This document shows positions 9,893 through 20,154 of a DNA stretch of 64,000 bases, in pieces (position 1 is the first letter of the stretch; every line of letters begins with the position of its first letter). The notes beneath the pieces are model-generated. The model saw only the letters and a list, made by a program, of their open reading frames with translations. It had not been told where the DNA came from and searched no databases. Source of the DNA: an uncultured Mediterraneibacter sp. (lineage in GTDB: Bacteria; Bacillota; Clostridia; Lachnospirales; Lachnospiraceae); NCBI GenBank assembly GCA_944383745.1, contig CALWQS010000002.1, forward strand, positions 2,194 through 66,193, read 5' to 3'. Position numbers and translations under genes: made by a program.

Positions 9893-10115
9893 AAAACGGA
9901 GGCGAAGACGGAACTTTTCTGGTGTTTTTTTTGAAGTATTATCAATCATTTTGTGCTTCTACCAGCCTTGATCTTGCATAAATGCGCAAGAAAGTCCTGA
10001 ACAGCTGAAACTCCGTCTTCCGTTTCGTATCAAACTTCCGAGTTTGTGCGGAAAGTTCTGTCTGGGATAAAGTATAAAACAGCAGAAGCGTTCTGTTGGA
10101 AGGCCTTCTGCTGAC

Positions 10116-10330
10116 CGGATGAGTGTGAGTCAAAGGGGCGGGTGTTATAAAAGCAGTGACTTCAAGTGGAGCGTTCCGAATACAGTTTGTTCAGGTTGTT
10201 AAAGACCGCGGAAAATGCGTTTCCAATGGAACACATTTTCCGCGGTCTTGTTACAACCTTTCAAACGGATGAGGTAGAGCGGAACGGTCCTGCGTTATAA
10301 CACCCGCCCCTTTGACGTCCCATTCATCCG
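10116..10330. repeat. Long (~215 nt) imperfect inverted repeat, MITE/REP-like
   Basis: Perfect 22-bp arms 10129-10150/10295-10316 and inner 16-bp arms 10202-10217/10234-10249. Confidence 0.85.
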
Positions 10331-10712
10331 CTCGGCAAACCTGAATTTGTATATTGTGCTGAAATTGTATCCTGTGATTGTTTTTTCCTGCCTTCTGTGT
10401 TACCCTTTTCCTACAGACGCCGGCGGTGTTCTTGCCGCTGTACTGATCCGGCCGTGAGGCTTCATTTTTTTCGGTGCTCTATGATCGGAGCATGAACCCC
10501 ATGATATTTTGGCAAGTGAAGGGAGGAGAGAAGAGCAGGAAGATCCTGAGATTGTACGGATAGATGGTTTCTCGGTGTTATCAGCAGAAAATTGCTGAAT
10601 TAGATCTGGAGAGAAAGAAAAGTACGTTTTATAGTACAGGTAAAAGTATATAATAAAAACCATAAAATGTTGTTGACAATTGACAACGAGTATAATACTA
10701 TAGTAACAAAGA

Positions 10713-10726
10713 CGAACAACTGTTCG
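10713..10726 (+). promoter_or_regulatory. LexA (SOS/Cheo) box of recA
   Basis: CGAAC-AACT-GTTCG matches the Firmicutes GAAC-N4-GTTC consensus. It lies downstream of TTGACA/TATAAT-like hexamers (10673-10703) and just before the recA RBS. Confidence 0.88.
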
Positions 10727-10750
10727 AAAAGCGAGAAGGAGAACTGAATT

Positions 10751-11839
10751 ATGGCAAACAATAACGAAGAAAAGAAAAAAGCGCTGGATGCGGCGATTGC
10801 TAAATTAGAAAAAGATTTTGGAAAGGGGACGGTGATGCGTCTCGGTGATTCGAGCGCGCATGTTGCGGTGGAGACAGTTCCGACAGGATGCCTGAGCCTT
10901 GATCTGGCGCTGGGGCTGGGCGGAGTGCCGAAGGGACGGATCATAGAGATCTACGGACCGGAGTCCAGCGGTAAGACGACGGTGGCTCTCCATATGATTG
11001 CCGAGGTGCAGAAGCGCGGGGGAATCGCGGGTTTTGTCGATGCGGAGCACGCGCTGGATCCGGTGTACGCGAAGAACATCGGGGTGGATATCGATGAACT
11101 GTACATTTCTCAGCCGGACAGCGGCGACCAGGCGCTTGAGATTGCAGAGACGATGGTGCGCTCGGGCGCGATTGATATTATTGTCATTGACTCAGTGGCG
11201 GCTCTTGTGCCCAGACAGGAGATCGAGGGGGATATGGGAGACAGCCATGTGGGACTGCAGGCGAGACTGATGTCCCAGGCGCTCAGAAAGCTGACGCCGG
11301 TTATCAGCAAGTCTAACTGCGTGGTGATTTTTATCAACCAGCTCCGTGAAAAGGTGGGCGTGATGTTCGGTAATCCGGAGACAACGACCGGAGGACGCGC
11401 CCTGAAGTTCTATGCCTCTGTGAGGATGGATGTGAGAAGGATCGAGACGCTCAAGCAGAGCGGTGAGATGGTCGGGAACCGCACCCGCATCAAGATCGTG
11501 AAGAATAAGATTGCCCCGCCGTTTAAAGAGGCGGAGTTTGATATTATGTTCGGAAAGGGCATCTCCAGGGCGGGAGATATCCTGGACCTTGCAGCGGGAA
11601 TCGACCTTGTCAGGAAGAGCGGCGCCTGGTATGCGTACGAGGGCGAGAAGATCGGACAGGGACGCGAGAATGCAAAAGCCTATCTGGAGTCGCATCCGGA
11701 AGTGATGGAAGAACTGGACAGAAAAGTCCGCGAGCACTACAATCTCACAGGGGAAAAGCAGGAAGACGCGGATAAGAATGCCGAGGCTGGGAGTGATTTG
11801 AAGTTAAAGCCCGCTAAGGCTGATAAGAAAGAGGAGTAA
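10751..11839 (+). CDS. recA: Recombinase RecA
   Basis: [23 protein letters not shown] and [10 protein letters not shown] motifs. Confidence 0.99.
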   Translation: MANNNEEKKKALDAAIAKLEKDFGKGTVMRLGDSSAHVAVETVPTGCLSLDLALGLGGVPKGRIIEIYGPESSGKTTVALHMIAEVQKRGGIAGFVDAEHALDPVYAKNIGVDIDELYISQPDSGDQALEIAETMVRSGAIDIIVIDSVAALVPRQEIEGDMGDSHVGLQARLMSQALRKLTPVISKSNCVVIFINQLREKVGVMFGNPETTTGGRALKFYASVRMDVRRIETLKQSGEMVGNRTRIKIVKNKIAPPFKEAEFDIMFGKGISRAGDILDLAAGIDLVRKSGAWYAYEGEKIGQGRENAKAYLESHPEVMEELDRKVREHYNLTGEKQEDADKNAEAGSDLKLKPAKADKKEE

Positions 11840-11867
11840 GAAAAACATACAGAGAGCAGGCTGAGAT

Positions 11868-12482
11868 ATGATCGTCACAAAGACAGAGGCATGTACTAAG
11901 ACGAAATACAAAGTTTATCTGGACGGTGCGTTCGCGTTTGTGCTGTACAAGGGAGAGATGAGCCGGTTCGGGATTACGGAGGGCGAGGATATCCCGGAGG
12001 AGACGGTGGAGAAGATACGCACGGAAGTAATCCTGAAGAGGGCGAAGCTCCGCGCAATGCATCTGCTGGAGGACATGGACCGTACAGAGGCGGAACTCAG
12101 GGAAAAACTGAGACAGGGCAGATACCCGGAAGAGGCGGTCGAGGGTGCGGTCGCTTATGTCAGGTCTTTCGGTTATCTGGACGACGCGCGCTATGCGGAG
12201 AATTTTGTCGTAAGCCGTAAAGCGTCAAAGAGCCGGAGAGAGATACGGATGCTTTTAAACCGGAAGGGAATCGAGGATAAGTGGATTGAGAGAGCCTTTG
12301 AGATATGTTATGAGAATGAGGATGAGCAGGAGGCTGTGCTGAGGATTCTTAGGAAAAAGAAGGTGGATCCAAGGACGGCGGATGATGCGCAGATGCAGAA
12401 GATATACGGCTTTCTGGCACGGAAAGGATTCCGTTTCGACACAGTCCGTCAAGTGATACAAAACTATAATGAGAATGCTTGA
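11868..12482 (+). CDS. recX: Regulatory protein RecX
   Basis: Directly after recA; RTEAELREKL, GYLDDARYA and FLARKGF motifs. Confidence 0.92.
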   Translation: MIVTKTEACTKTKYKVYLDGAFAFVLYKGEMSRFGITEGEDIPEETVEKIRTEVILKRAKLRAMHLLEDMDRTEAELREKLRQGRYPEEAVEGAVAYVRSFGYLDDARYAENFVVSRKASKSRREIRMLLNRKGIEDKWIERAFEICYENEDEQEAVLRILRKKKVDPRTADDAQMQKIYGFLARKGFRFDTVRQVIQNYNENA

Positions 12483-12507
12483 CATTGTTGTGAAAATAGT
12501 ATAAAAT
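12479..12507 (+). promoter_or_regulatory. Sigma-A promoter of rny
   Basis: TTGACA (overlapping the recX stop), 17 nt, then TAAAAT. Confidence 0.7.
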
Positions 12508-12563
12508 TTAACTGTTGTATTTAAATATTATGTACAATGAAAATTGAATAAGGAGGTGCTCCT

Positions 12564-14123
12564 GTGCAAATAAGTCTAGGTTTATGTATAGGCATTGCTG
12601 TGGCCCTCGCGTTGATAGCTGCGATCATCACCCACTTTGCAACGGTTTCCAATCTGAAGAAGAATGCGGACAGCAAGATTGGAAATGCAGAGAGCAGAGC
12701 AAGGGAGATTATCGACGATGCTGTGAAAACTGCTGAGACAACGAAAAAGGAAGCTCTTTTGGAGGTCAAAGAAGAGTCGATCAAGACAAAGAATGACCTT
12801 GAGAAAGAGACCAAGGAAAGAAGAGCAGAACTTCAGCGGTACGAGAAACGTGTGCTCGCAAAGGAGGAAGCTGTTGATAAGCGGTCCGATGCGATAGAAC
12901 ACAGGGAATCGAAGATCACGGCAAAAGAAGAACAGCTGCGTCAGCGTGAAGCCAGAGTAGAAGAACTTAGTCAGAAACGAGTACAGGAACTGGAACGAAT
13001 CTCAGGACTTACCTCCGAACAGGCAAAGGAATATCTGTTAAAAACTGTTGAAGACGATGTCAAACACGACACTGCCAAGATGGTCAGGGAGCTGGAGGCA
13101 CAGGCGAAGGAGGACGCGGACAAGAAAGCGAAAGAGTATGTTGTCAACGCGATCCAGAGATGTGCGGCAGACCATGTGGCCGAGACTACGATATCTGTAG
13201 TACAGCTTCCGAATGACGAGATGAAGGGAAGGATCATAGGAAGGGAAGGACGTAATATCAGAACGCTCGAAACTCTCACAGGCGTAGAACTCATTATTGA
13301 TGATACGCCGGAGGCGGTCGTTCTGTCAGGTTTTGACCCGATCCGAAGAGAAGTCGCAAGGATCGCCCTTGAGAGGCTGATCGTGGACGGACGGATCCAT
13401 CCCGCCAGAATTGAAGAGATGGTGGAGAAAGCGCAGAAGGAAGTAGATTCGATGATCAGGGAAGAAGGAGAGGCTGCAGCTCTTGAAGTGGGAGTGACAG
13501 GAATCCATCCGGAACTGATCCGGCTTCTGGGCCGCATGAAGTTCAGGACAAGCTACGGTCAGAATGCACTCAAGCATTCGATCGAGGTTGCGCAGCTTGC
13601 GGGGCTTCTCGCAGGCGAGATCGGACTGGATGTCAGGATTGCGAAGCGTGCCGGACTTCTGCATGATATTGGAAAATCTATCGATCACGATGTGGAAGGT
13701 TCACATATACAGATCGGTGCAGACCTCTGCAGAAAGTATAAGGAGTCTGCAACGGTTGTCAATGCAGTGGAAGCGCATCACGGCGATGTGGAGCCACAGA
13801 GCCTGATTGCCTGTGTTGTTCAGGCTGCCGACACCATTTCAGCGGCAAGACCGGGGGCAAGAAGGGAAACGATAGAAACATACACAAACAGATTGAAACA
13901 GTTAGAAGATATTACCAACCAGTTTAAAGGCGTAGATAAGTCTTATGCCATTCAGGCAGGAAGAGAGATTCGAGTTATGGTAGTTCCGGAGCAGGTATCT
14001 GATGATGATATGGTGCTTATGGCGAGGGATATTGCAAAGCAGATCGAGTTCGAGCTGGAATATCCCGGACAGATTAAAGTAAATGTGATCCGTGAGTCAC
14101 GGGCGACAGACTATGCAAAATAA
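12564..14123 (+). CDS. rny: Ribonuclease Y
   Basis: N-terminal TM, coiled coil, KH domain ([13 protein letters not shown]) and HD domain (LLHDIGK). GTG start after AGGAGG. Confidence 0.97.
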   Translation: MQISLGLCIGIAVALALIAAIITHFATVSNLKKNADSKIGNAESRAREIIDDAVKTAETTKKEALLEVKEESIKTKNDLEKETKERRAELQRYEKRVLAKEEAVDKRSDAIEHRESKITAKEEQLRQREARVEELSQKRVQELERISGLTSEQAKEYLLKTVEDDVKHDTAKMVRELEAQAKEDADKKAKEYVVNAIQRCAADHVAETTISVVQLPNDEMKGRIIGREGRNIRTLETLTGVELIIDDTPEAVVLSGFDPIRREVARIALERLIVDGRIHPARIEEMVEKAQKEVDSMIREEGEAAALEVGVTGIHPELIRLLGRMKFRTSYGQNALKHSIEVAQLAGLLAGEIGLDVRIAKRAGLLHDIGKSIDHDVEGSHIQIGADLCRKYKESATVVNAVEAHHGDVEPQSLIACVVQAADTISAARPGARRETIETYTNRLKQLEDITNQFKGVDKSYAIQAGREIRVMVVPEQVSDDDMVLMARDIAKQIEFELEYPGQIKVNVIRESRATDYAK

Positions 14124-14152
14124 TTGAGGATCATAACAGAAAGAAGAATGCG

Positions 14153-14183
14153 GCCCTTGTCGAGAGACGAGGGCTTTCTTTTT
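14153..14183 (+). terminator. Intrinsic terminator after rny
   Basis: GCCCTTGTC-GAGA-GACGAGGGC followed by TTTCTTTTT. Confidence 0.75.
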
Positions 14184-14267
14184 ACCATCCCGGAAAAGAC
14201 GGGATTTAAAGCGGAAGAATCTGCCGGCGTGAACGAGAAAAATGAAGAAAGAGAGGAAGCGCGTGAG

Positions 14268-14813
14268 ATGAGCGATGAGATCAGGAGAATAAAACGAGAA
14301 TTAAAATTTAAGGGAAAGATCATTGATTTTTACCAGGATACTATGGAGATCAACGGAGACCATACGGTCATATGGGATTTTATCAGGCACAAAGGCGCTG
14401 CGGCTGTCGTGCCGGTTAGAGAGGATGGGAAGATTCTTATGGTGCGCCAGTACCGCAATGCGCTGGAACGCTATACGCTGGAGATCCCGGCAGGCGCGCT
14501 GGACGAGGAGGATGAACCCGGGATTGCCTGCGCTTCACGGGAGCTTGAAGAAGAGACCGGCTACAGAAGCGGCAGGCTGGAATGGCTGATCAATCTCCGG
14601 ACGACAGTGGCTTTCTGCAATGAAAAGATCGAAGTCTATGTGGCGAAGGATCTGATCCCATCAAAGCAGCACCTTGACGAGGATGAATTTATTGATCTGC
14701 AGGCATATTCGATTGAAGAGCTGAAAGAAAAGATCTTTTCCGGAGAGATTGAGGATGCGAAGACAGTCTCGGCTCTCCTCGCATACGATGTCAAATATGG
14801 GAAAAAAGAATAA
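14268..14813 (+). CDS. nudF: NUDIX hydrolase, ADP-ribose pyrophosphatase-like
   Basis: Nudix box PAGALD...ASRELEEETG; RQYR motif. Start at ATG 14268. Confidence 0.85.
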   Translation: MSDEIRRIKRELKFKGKIIDFYQDTMEINGDHTVIWDFIRHKGAAAVVPVREDGKILMVRQYRNALERYTLEIPAGALDEEDEPGIACASRELEEETGYRSGRLEWLINLRTTVAFCNEKIEVYVAKDLIPSKQHLDEDEFIDLQAYSIEELKEKIFSGEIEDAKTVSALLAYDVKYGKKE

Positions 14814-14835
14814 ATGAAAAGCCCCGGCATATAAT
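14808..14835 (+). promoter_or_regulatory. Candidate sigma-E promoter of the spoIIM-like gene
   Basis: GAATAAA-13 nt-CATATAAT resembles the sigma-E consensus; spoIIM is sigma-E dependent in B. subtilis. Confidence 0.5.
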
Positions 14836-14858
14836 GAAATATCCTATCGGGAGGGGGA

Positions 14859-15404
14859 ATGACCTTGAAGATATTTCATTCAAAAAGGCGCCTGCTTGCC
14901 TTTTTTATGCCGGGTTTTTTATTTGGAGTCGTCTATGTAAATCTGATTGCAAAGAAATATATTGCGGAGCCGGGAATATTCAGCGACTATTTCCTGAACC
15001 AGTTTCAGACTGCCGGGATTGCGGCGGAAGAATATTTCTGGTATCTTTTCCGGCTCCGTGTGATCCCGTTTCTTGTCCTGCTCGGGCTCTCTTTTACAAA
15101 AATGAGAAAGGCTGCGGCAGTTCTCTTTCTTATTTGGACGGGCATATCGGGGGGCATCCTGATCTCTACAGCCGTGCTCAGCATGGGGATCAAGGGCAGC
15201 CTTCTATGCGCTGTCGGCATCCTTCCGCAGTTCATCTTTTACGTTCCCGCCTATCTCATCCTGCTCTGGTGCTGCTATTCTTATCCGAAGACCCAATGGA
15301 ACCGGCAGAAAGCAGTATTTGCTGCTCTTGCCGTTTCATCGGGCATGATTCTTGAGATTTTTGTCAACCCGTCTCTGGTGAAGGCTTTCCTTTCAACACT
15401 CTAA
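14859..15404 (+). CDS. spoIIM: Stage II sporulation protein M-like membrane protein
   Basis: Five hydrophobic segments, ILPQFIFYVP and LEIFVNP motifs, position after nudF as in other spore formers. Confidence 0.7.
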   Translation: MTLKIFHSKRRLLAFFMPGFLFGVVYVNLIAKKYIAEPGIFSDYFLNQFQTAGIAAEEYFWYLFRLRVIPFLVLLGLSFTKMRKAAAVLFLIWTGISGGILISTAVLSMGIKGSLLCAVGILPQFIFYVPAYLILLWCCYSYPKTQWNRQKAVFAALAVSSGMILEIFVNPSLVKAFLSTL

Positions 15405-16735
15405 AGTGAGGTCCTTTCAGAGTGCGCTTTGAACTCGGAACGGAATACAAGAATGGACAGAAACGTGACGGCAAGCTGGCTTGCAAGGAGTCCCCACAGA
15501 TATCCCTGCATCCCGAAAACGGGTATGGCAAAGAATACCCCTGCGATACGGATGAGAAGGCTGGCTGCGTTGATGAGAAAAGTGGCCGTCGTCCTGCCAA
15601 GTCCGTTGATCGTGCTCAGCATGGCCGCGTTCGTGTAGAGAAACGGGCAGATCCATGCGAGGGTCATGATAAAGCTTCCGGCTGTCTCGCTGTGGAACAG
15701 GAATCTGCCGATAAATGATCCGAATAAGAGAAAGAAGAGGCAGCAGGAAAGTCCGAGGATAAAGCAGCTTCCTGCGGTCCTGCGCAGCAGGGAGAAGATG
15801 TCGGAGCGCTTTCCGGCGGCCTGTTTTTCTGCGACGGCGGGCATCAGCATCACCGCCACAGAGTTGGTGATGGCTGATGGGAAAAGGACGCATGGGAGAG
15901 CCATTCCGGTCAATACTCCGTAGAGGATGAGAGCTTCGCTCGAACTGTGCGTATAGAGCTTGAGGCATGCCGGGATGGATGCCGCTTCGATGCTCTGAAG
16001 CAGAGTGACTGCGGTCCTGTTTGCAGTCAGCGGAAGAGACAGGGGGATCAGTTCGGAGGCGCTTCTGCGCAGAGCGCGCGGACTCGGCATATGTGCGGCC
16101 GCGCCAGTCCGGGACAGGCTTCGGGCTGAGCAGAGCGCCGACGCAGACTCCCCGATAACGATCCCGGCCACTGCGAGGCTGACGGGGGGAGCGCTGCCCT
16201 GGTTTTTGAAAAAGAAATAGAGAAAAATAACAGACAGAATCCGCACAGACTGCTCTGCGAGCTGGGAGACGGCGGGAACACCTGCCTTCTGGATTCCGTA
16301 GCTGTAGCCGCAGATACAGCTGTGTACTGACGCGCAGGGCAGGGCGTAGGAAATGATGACAAGCAGTTCGGCGCACCGTGCGTCTCCGAGAAAATGTAAA
16401 GCGATCGCTTCGGCGTTCTGCTGGATGGCCAGGATTTCCGCGGCAGAGAGGACCACTGTGATGAAAAGCGCGCAGATCAGGGCATTTTTTGCCTCGACGG
16501 GCTTATTGAGCGACATTTTTCTTGCAACTGTGCGGGAAAGCGCGGTCTGGATCCCGGACGTGCCGATTGACAGGCAGAGGGCGTATATCGGAAAGACGAG
16601 CTGATACAGCCCGACATTTTCTTCTCCGAACGCATGACTGAGAAAGATGCGGAAGAAGAATCCCATCAGGCGGCTGATAAGCCCGGCGGCAGTCAGGATC
16701 AGGGCGCCTCTTACCAGTTTGTGTTTCACTGCCAT
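15401..16735 (-). CDS. MOP-family flippase, SpoVB-like
   Basis: GALILTAAGLISRLMGFFFRI, GLYQLVFP and SQLAEQSVR motifs; multi-TM protein. Confidence 0.85.
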   Translation of the reverse strand: MAVKHKLVRGALILTAAGLISRLMGFFFRIFLSHAFGEENVGLYQLVFPIYALCLSIGTSGIQTALSRTVARKMSLNKPVEAKNALICALFITVVLSAAEILAIQQNAEAIALHFLGDARCAELLVIISYALPCASVHSCICGYSYGIQKAGVPAVSQLAEQSVRILSVIFLYFFFKNQGSAPPVSLAVAGIVIGESASALCSARSLSRTGAAAHMPSPRALRRSASELIPLSLPLTANRTAVTLLQSIEAASIPACLKLYTHSSSEALILYGVLTGMALPCVLFPSAITNSVAVMLMPAVAEKQAAGKRSDIFSLLRRTAGSCFILGLSCCLFFLLFGSFIGRFLFHSETAGSFIMTLAWICPFLYTNAAMLSTINGLGRTTATFLINAASLLIRIAGVFFAIPVFGMQGYLWGLLASQLAVTFLSILVFRSEFKAHSERTSL

Positions 16736-16783
16736 ATAACACCTTGCTTGAATGTCTTTTTACAGCATATTCCTGATCCGGTC

Positions 16784-16846
16784 TTGACAGAACGGAATAA
16801 GGGTGATATTCTACAGAAGTAAATCCTAGCAAAATACTAGGAAATT
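16784..16846 (+). promoter_or_regulatory. Sigma-A promoter and palindromic operator of the Rrf2-isc operon
   Basis: TTGACA 16784-16789, 17 nt, TG-n-TATTCT 16804-16812; inverted repeat TCCTAG-N7-CTAGGA 16824-16842. Confidence 0.7.
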
Positions 16847-16865
16847 GGTTTTGGAAGGTGATAAG

Positions 16866-17327
16866 TTGAAACTGTCGACAAAGGGAAGGTACGGCCTGCG
16901 CGCGCTGATTGACCTTGCGCAGTACAGCAAAGACGCACCGGTTTCGATCATGAGTATTTCAGCCAGGCAGGATATTTCCGAGCGGTATCTGGAACAGCTT
17001 ATGTCCATGCTGAAGAAGGCGGGGCTGGTCCGGAGCGTCCGCGGAGCGAACGGCGGGTATATTCTTGCGAAGGATGCGAAAGATATTTCGGCGGGAGATG
17101 TGCTGAGAGCTTTGGAAGGCAGCCTGGAGCCGGTAGACTGCCCCGGCCTGGAGCCGGAAGGCGTATGCCGGTCAGCGGATACCTGCGTGACGAAATATGT
17201 CTGGAAACGGATCAATGAGAGCGTCAGCCGGGCGGTGGATGAGATTCGGCTTGATCAGCTTGTAGAGGAAAGCAGGCGGCTGAATCCCGAAGGGGAGGAG
17301 CCGGACCGTTCAGAGTGTAAGAACTGA
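16866..17327 (+). CDS. Rrf2 family regulator (IscR/CymR-like)
   Basis: LSTKGRYGLRA, YLEQL, SVRGANGGY motifs and three clustered Cys. TTG start after GGAAGGTG. Confidence 0.92.
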   Translation: MKLSTKGRYGLRALIDLAQYSKDAPVSIMSISARQDISERYLEQLMSMLKKAGLVRSVRGANGGYILAKDAKDISAGDVLRALEGSLEPVDCPGLEPEGVCRSADTCVTKYVWKRINESVSRAVDEIRLDQLVEESRRLNPEGEEPDRSECKN

Positions 17328-17390
17328 CCGGCCGCAGCACAAGCTGCCGGACTGGCAGGAAGGAAGAATATAAAATGGAGGTACAGTCAT

Positions 17391-18569
17391 TTGAAAAAAA
17401 TAATTTACCTGGATAACGCGGCGACAACACGGACCGCGCCTGAGGTGGTGGATGCCATGCTCCCTTATTTTACGGAGAACTATGGAAACCCGTCCAGCAT
17501 ATATGGATTCGCATCGGCGAATAAAGAAGTGATCGCGAGACAGCGTGAGACGATCGCGGATGTTCTCGGCGCAAAAGCGAATGAGATTTATTTTACGGCG
17601 GGAGGAACAGAGTCTGACAACTGGGCGCTGACCGCGACGGCGGAAGCATACGGTGCGAAGGGAAAACATATCATCACGAGCCGGATTGAGCATCATGCGG
17701 TACTTCATACCTGTGCGTATCTTGAAAAGAGAGGATATGAGGTGACGTATCTTGATGTGGATGAGAACGGGCTTGTGGATCCGCGTAAGGTAGAAGAGGC
17801 GATCCGCCCGGATACAATCCTGATCAGCATTATGGCTGCCAACAATGAGATCGGCACTATCCAGCCGATCCGAGAGATCGGAGAGATTGCCCACACGCAC
17901 GGCGTCCTTTTCCACACAGATGCAGTGCAGGCATTTGCGCAGATCCCGATCAACGTGGACGAATGCCATATCGATATGCTGAGCGCCAGCGGACATAAGC
18001 TGAACGGACCGAAGGGAATCGGATTCCTCTATATCCGGAAAGGCGTTAAGATCCGTTCTTTTATCCACGGCGGGGCGCAGGAGAGAAAACGCCGTGCCGG
18101 GACGGAGAACGTGCCGGGCATTGCAGGGCTTGGAAAGGCGGTTGAACTTGCGGCGGCGACGATGGAGGAGCGCGCTGCGAAGGAGACAGAGCTCAGAGAT
18201 TATGCCATCTCAAGGATTGAGAAGGAAATCCCGTACTGCCGCCTTAACGGAGACCGAGTGAAGCGGCTCCCGAACAATATCAATTTCAGCTTCCGCTTCA
18301 TCGAGGGCGAGAGTATGCTGATCAAACTTGATTTCAAAGGAATCTGCGCTTCCAGCGGATCCGCATGTACGTCCGGATCCCTGGATCCGTCCCATGTCCT
18401 TCTGGCGATCGGGCTGCCTCATGAGATCGCCCACGGATCGCTCAGGATGACGCTCGGGGCAGATACGACAAAGGAAGATATCGACTATACGGTTGACTGC
18501 CTGAAGGAGATTGTAGAAGAGATCCGCAGCATGTCGCCGCTGTATGAAGATTTCATTAAAAAACAGTAA
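17391..18569 (+). CDS. iscS: Cysteine desulfurase
   Basis: YLDNAATT, HTDAVQ, SGHKLNGPKG and SSGSACTS motifs. Confidence 0.95.
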   Translation: MKKIIYLDNAATTRTAPEVVDAMLPYFTENYGNPSSIYGFASANKEVIARQRETIADVLGAKANEIYFTAGGTESDNWALTATAEAYGAKGKHIITSRIEHHAVLHTCAYLEKRGYEVTYLDVDENGLVDPRKVEEAIRPDTILISIMAANNEIGTIQPIREIGEIAHTHGVLFHTDAVQAFAQIPINVDECHIDMLSASGHKLNGPKGIGFLYIRKGVKIRSFIHGGAQERKRRAGTENVPGIAGLGKAVELAAATMEERAAKETELRDYAISRIEKEIPYCRLNGDRVKRLPNNINFSFRFIEGESMLIKLDFKGICASSGSACTSGSLDPSHVLLAIGLPHEIAHGSLRMTLGADTTKEDIDYTVDCLKEIVEEIRSMSPLYEDFIKKQ

Positions 18570-18585
18570 AACGGAGGAACAGACA

Positions 18586-19029
18586 ATGTATACAGAAAAG
18601 GTAATGGATCATTTTCAGCATCCGAGAAATGTGGGAGAGATCGAGAATCCAAGCGGAGTAGGGACAGTGGGAAATGCAAAATGCGGGGATATCATGAGGA
18701 TCTATCTCGATATTGACGAAAACCAGATCATTCGCGACGTGAAGTTCAAGACGTTCGGCTGCGGCGCCGCGATCGCTACGTCCAGCATGGCGACAGAACT
18801 GGTGAAGGGAAAGAATATCCAGGAAGCGATGCAGGTAACGAACAAGGCGGTTATGGAGGCGCTGGACGGCCTCCCGCCGGTAAAGGTGCACTGCTCGCTG
18901 CTCGCAGAGGAGGCGATCCACGCGGCACTATGGGATTATGCTGAGAAAAACGGAATCAAGATCGAAGGGCTGGAAAAGCCGAAATCCGACATCCATGAAG
19001 GAGAAGAAGAGGAAGAAGAGGATTACTGA
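18586..19029 (+). CDS. iscU: Fe-S scaffold protein IscU/NifU N-terminal type
   Basis: HPRNVG, CGD, FGCGAAIA and LPPVKVHC motifs. Start at ATG 18586 after GGAGG. Confidence 0.95.
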   Translation: MYTEKVMDHFQHPRNVGEIENPSGVGTVGNAKCGDIMRIYLDIDENQIIRDVKFKTFGCGAAIATSSMATELVKGKNIQEAMQVTNKAVMEALDGLPPVKVHCSLLAEEAIHAALWDYAEKNGIKIEGLEKPKSDIHEGEEEEEEDY

Positions 19030-20099
19030 TGAGCAGAGTAGTCGTGGGAATGTCAGGCGGAGTAGATTCGACTGTCGCTGCCTGGCTTCTGAAAAAGCAG
19101 GGATATGATGTGGTCGGCGTCACGATGCAGATCTGGCAGGATGAAGAGCCCGGGCTTCAGGAGGAAAACGGAGGCTGCTGCGGACTGAGCGCCGTGGAGG
19201 ATGCCAGAAGAGCAGCGGCCGCTCTCGGGATCCCATATTATGTGATGAACTTTAAAAAGGAGTTCAGGGAAAGGGTCATCGACTATTTTATGGAAGAATA
19301 CCGGATGGGGCGCACACCGAATCCCTGCATTGCCTGCAACCGCTATGTCAAGTGGGAAGCTCTTCTCGACCGAAGCCTCGCAATCGGCGCGGACTATATC
19401 GCCACCGGGCATTATGCCAGGGTCGGACGGCTGGAGAACGGAAGATATGCTCTCCGCAGGGGCGCCGCACTGGCGAAGGATCAGACGTATGCCCTCTACA
19501 GCCTGACGCAGGAGCAGTTGAAAAGGACGCTCATGCCGGTAGGAGAATATTCAAAGGATGAGATCAGGAAGATCGCGGAAGAGATCGGGCTGAGCGTAGC
19601 GTCCAAGCCGGACAGCCAGGATATCTGCTTTGTGCCGGACGGGGATTATGCCGCATTTATTGAAAAGACATCCGGGCAGAGGCCGGAGCCGGGGAATTTC
19701 GTGACGTCAGACGGAAAAGTGCTGGGACAGCACAGGGGGATTATCCACTACACAGTCGGACAGAGAAAAGGGCTCGGCCTGGCGCTCGGCTATCCCGCGT
19801 TTGTCCTTGAGATCCGCCCGGAGACGAATGAGGTTGTGATCGGGACATACGAGGAATCTCTGACAAAAACCCTGCGTGCAGGCAGTCTCAGCTTTATGGC
19901 AGCTGAAGATATCAGGAAGCCGATCCGGGCGTTTGCAAAGATAAGGTATAATCATAAAGGAGCCTGGTGCACGGTAGAACGGACCGGAGAAGATGAGATA
20001 GCCTGTACATTTGACGAGCCGGTACGCGCTGTCACTCCGGGGCAGGCGGTGGTCCTCTATGATGGTGACTATGTGCTGGGCGGCGGCACGATTCGTTAA
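19029..20099 (+). CDS. mnmA: tRNA 2-thiouridylase
   Basis: SGGVDS, TPNPCIACN, ATGHYA, KDQTY and DSQDICF motifs. Confidence 0.97.
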   Translation: MSRVVVGMSGGVDSTVAAWLLKKQGYDVVGVTMQIWQDEEPGLQEENGGCCGLSAVEDARRAAAALGIPYYVMNFKKEFRERVIDYFMEEYRMGRTPNPCIACNRYVKWEALLDRSLAIGADYIATGHYARVGRLENGRYALRRGAALAKDQTYALYSLTQEQLKRTLMPVGEYSKDEIRKIAEEIGLSVASKPDSQDICFVPDGDYAAFIEKTSGQRPEPGNFVTSDGKVLGQHRGIIHYTVGQRKGLGLALGYPAFVLEIRPETNEVVIGTYEESLTKTLRAGSLSFMAAEDIRKPIRAFAKIRYNHKGAWCTVERTGEDEIACTFDEPVRAVTPGQAVVLYDGDYVLGGGTIR

Positions 20100-20125
20100 A
20101 ACCACTATAAAAATATATTTAGTAC

Positions 20126-20154
20126 TTGAATTTTTGTTTTTGTTTTAGTACAAT
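20126..20154 (+). promoter_or_regulatory. Sigma-A promoter of gap
   Basis: TTGAAT-17 nt-TACAAT, followed by a leader hairpin at about 20166-20201. Confidence 0.6.

Noticed and set aside
9727-10133. Small ORFs in the symporter-recA spacer as transposase or toxin remnants
   Set aside because: No RBS or recognisable motifs; they lie within hairpin arms.
14124-14267. Extended NUDIX start
   Set aside because: It spans the rny terminator; ATG 14268 has a GAGGA RBS.
15417-16376. 319-aa Arg/Pro-rich minus-strand ORF
   Set aside because: Alternate frame of the SpoVB-like gene.
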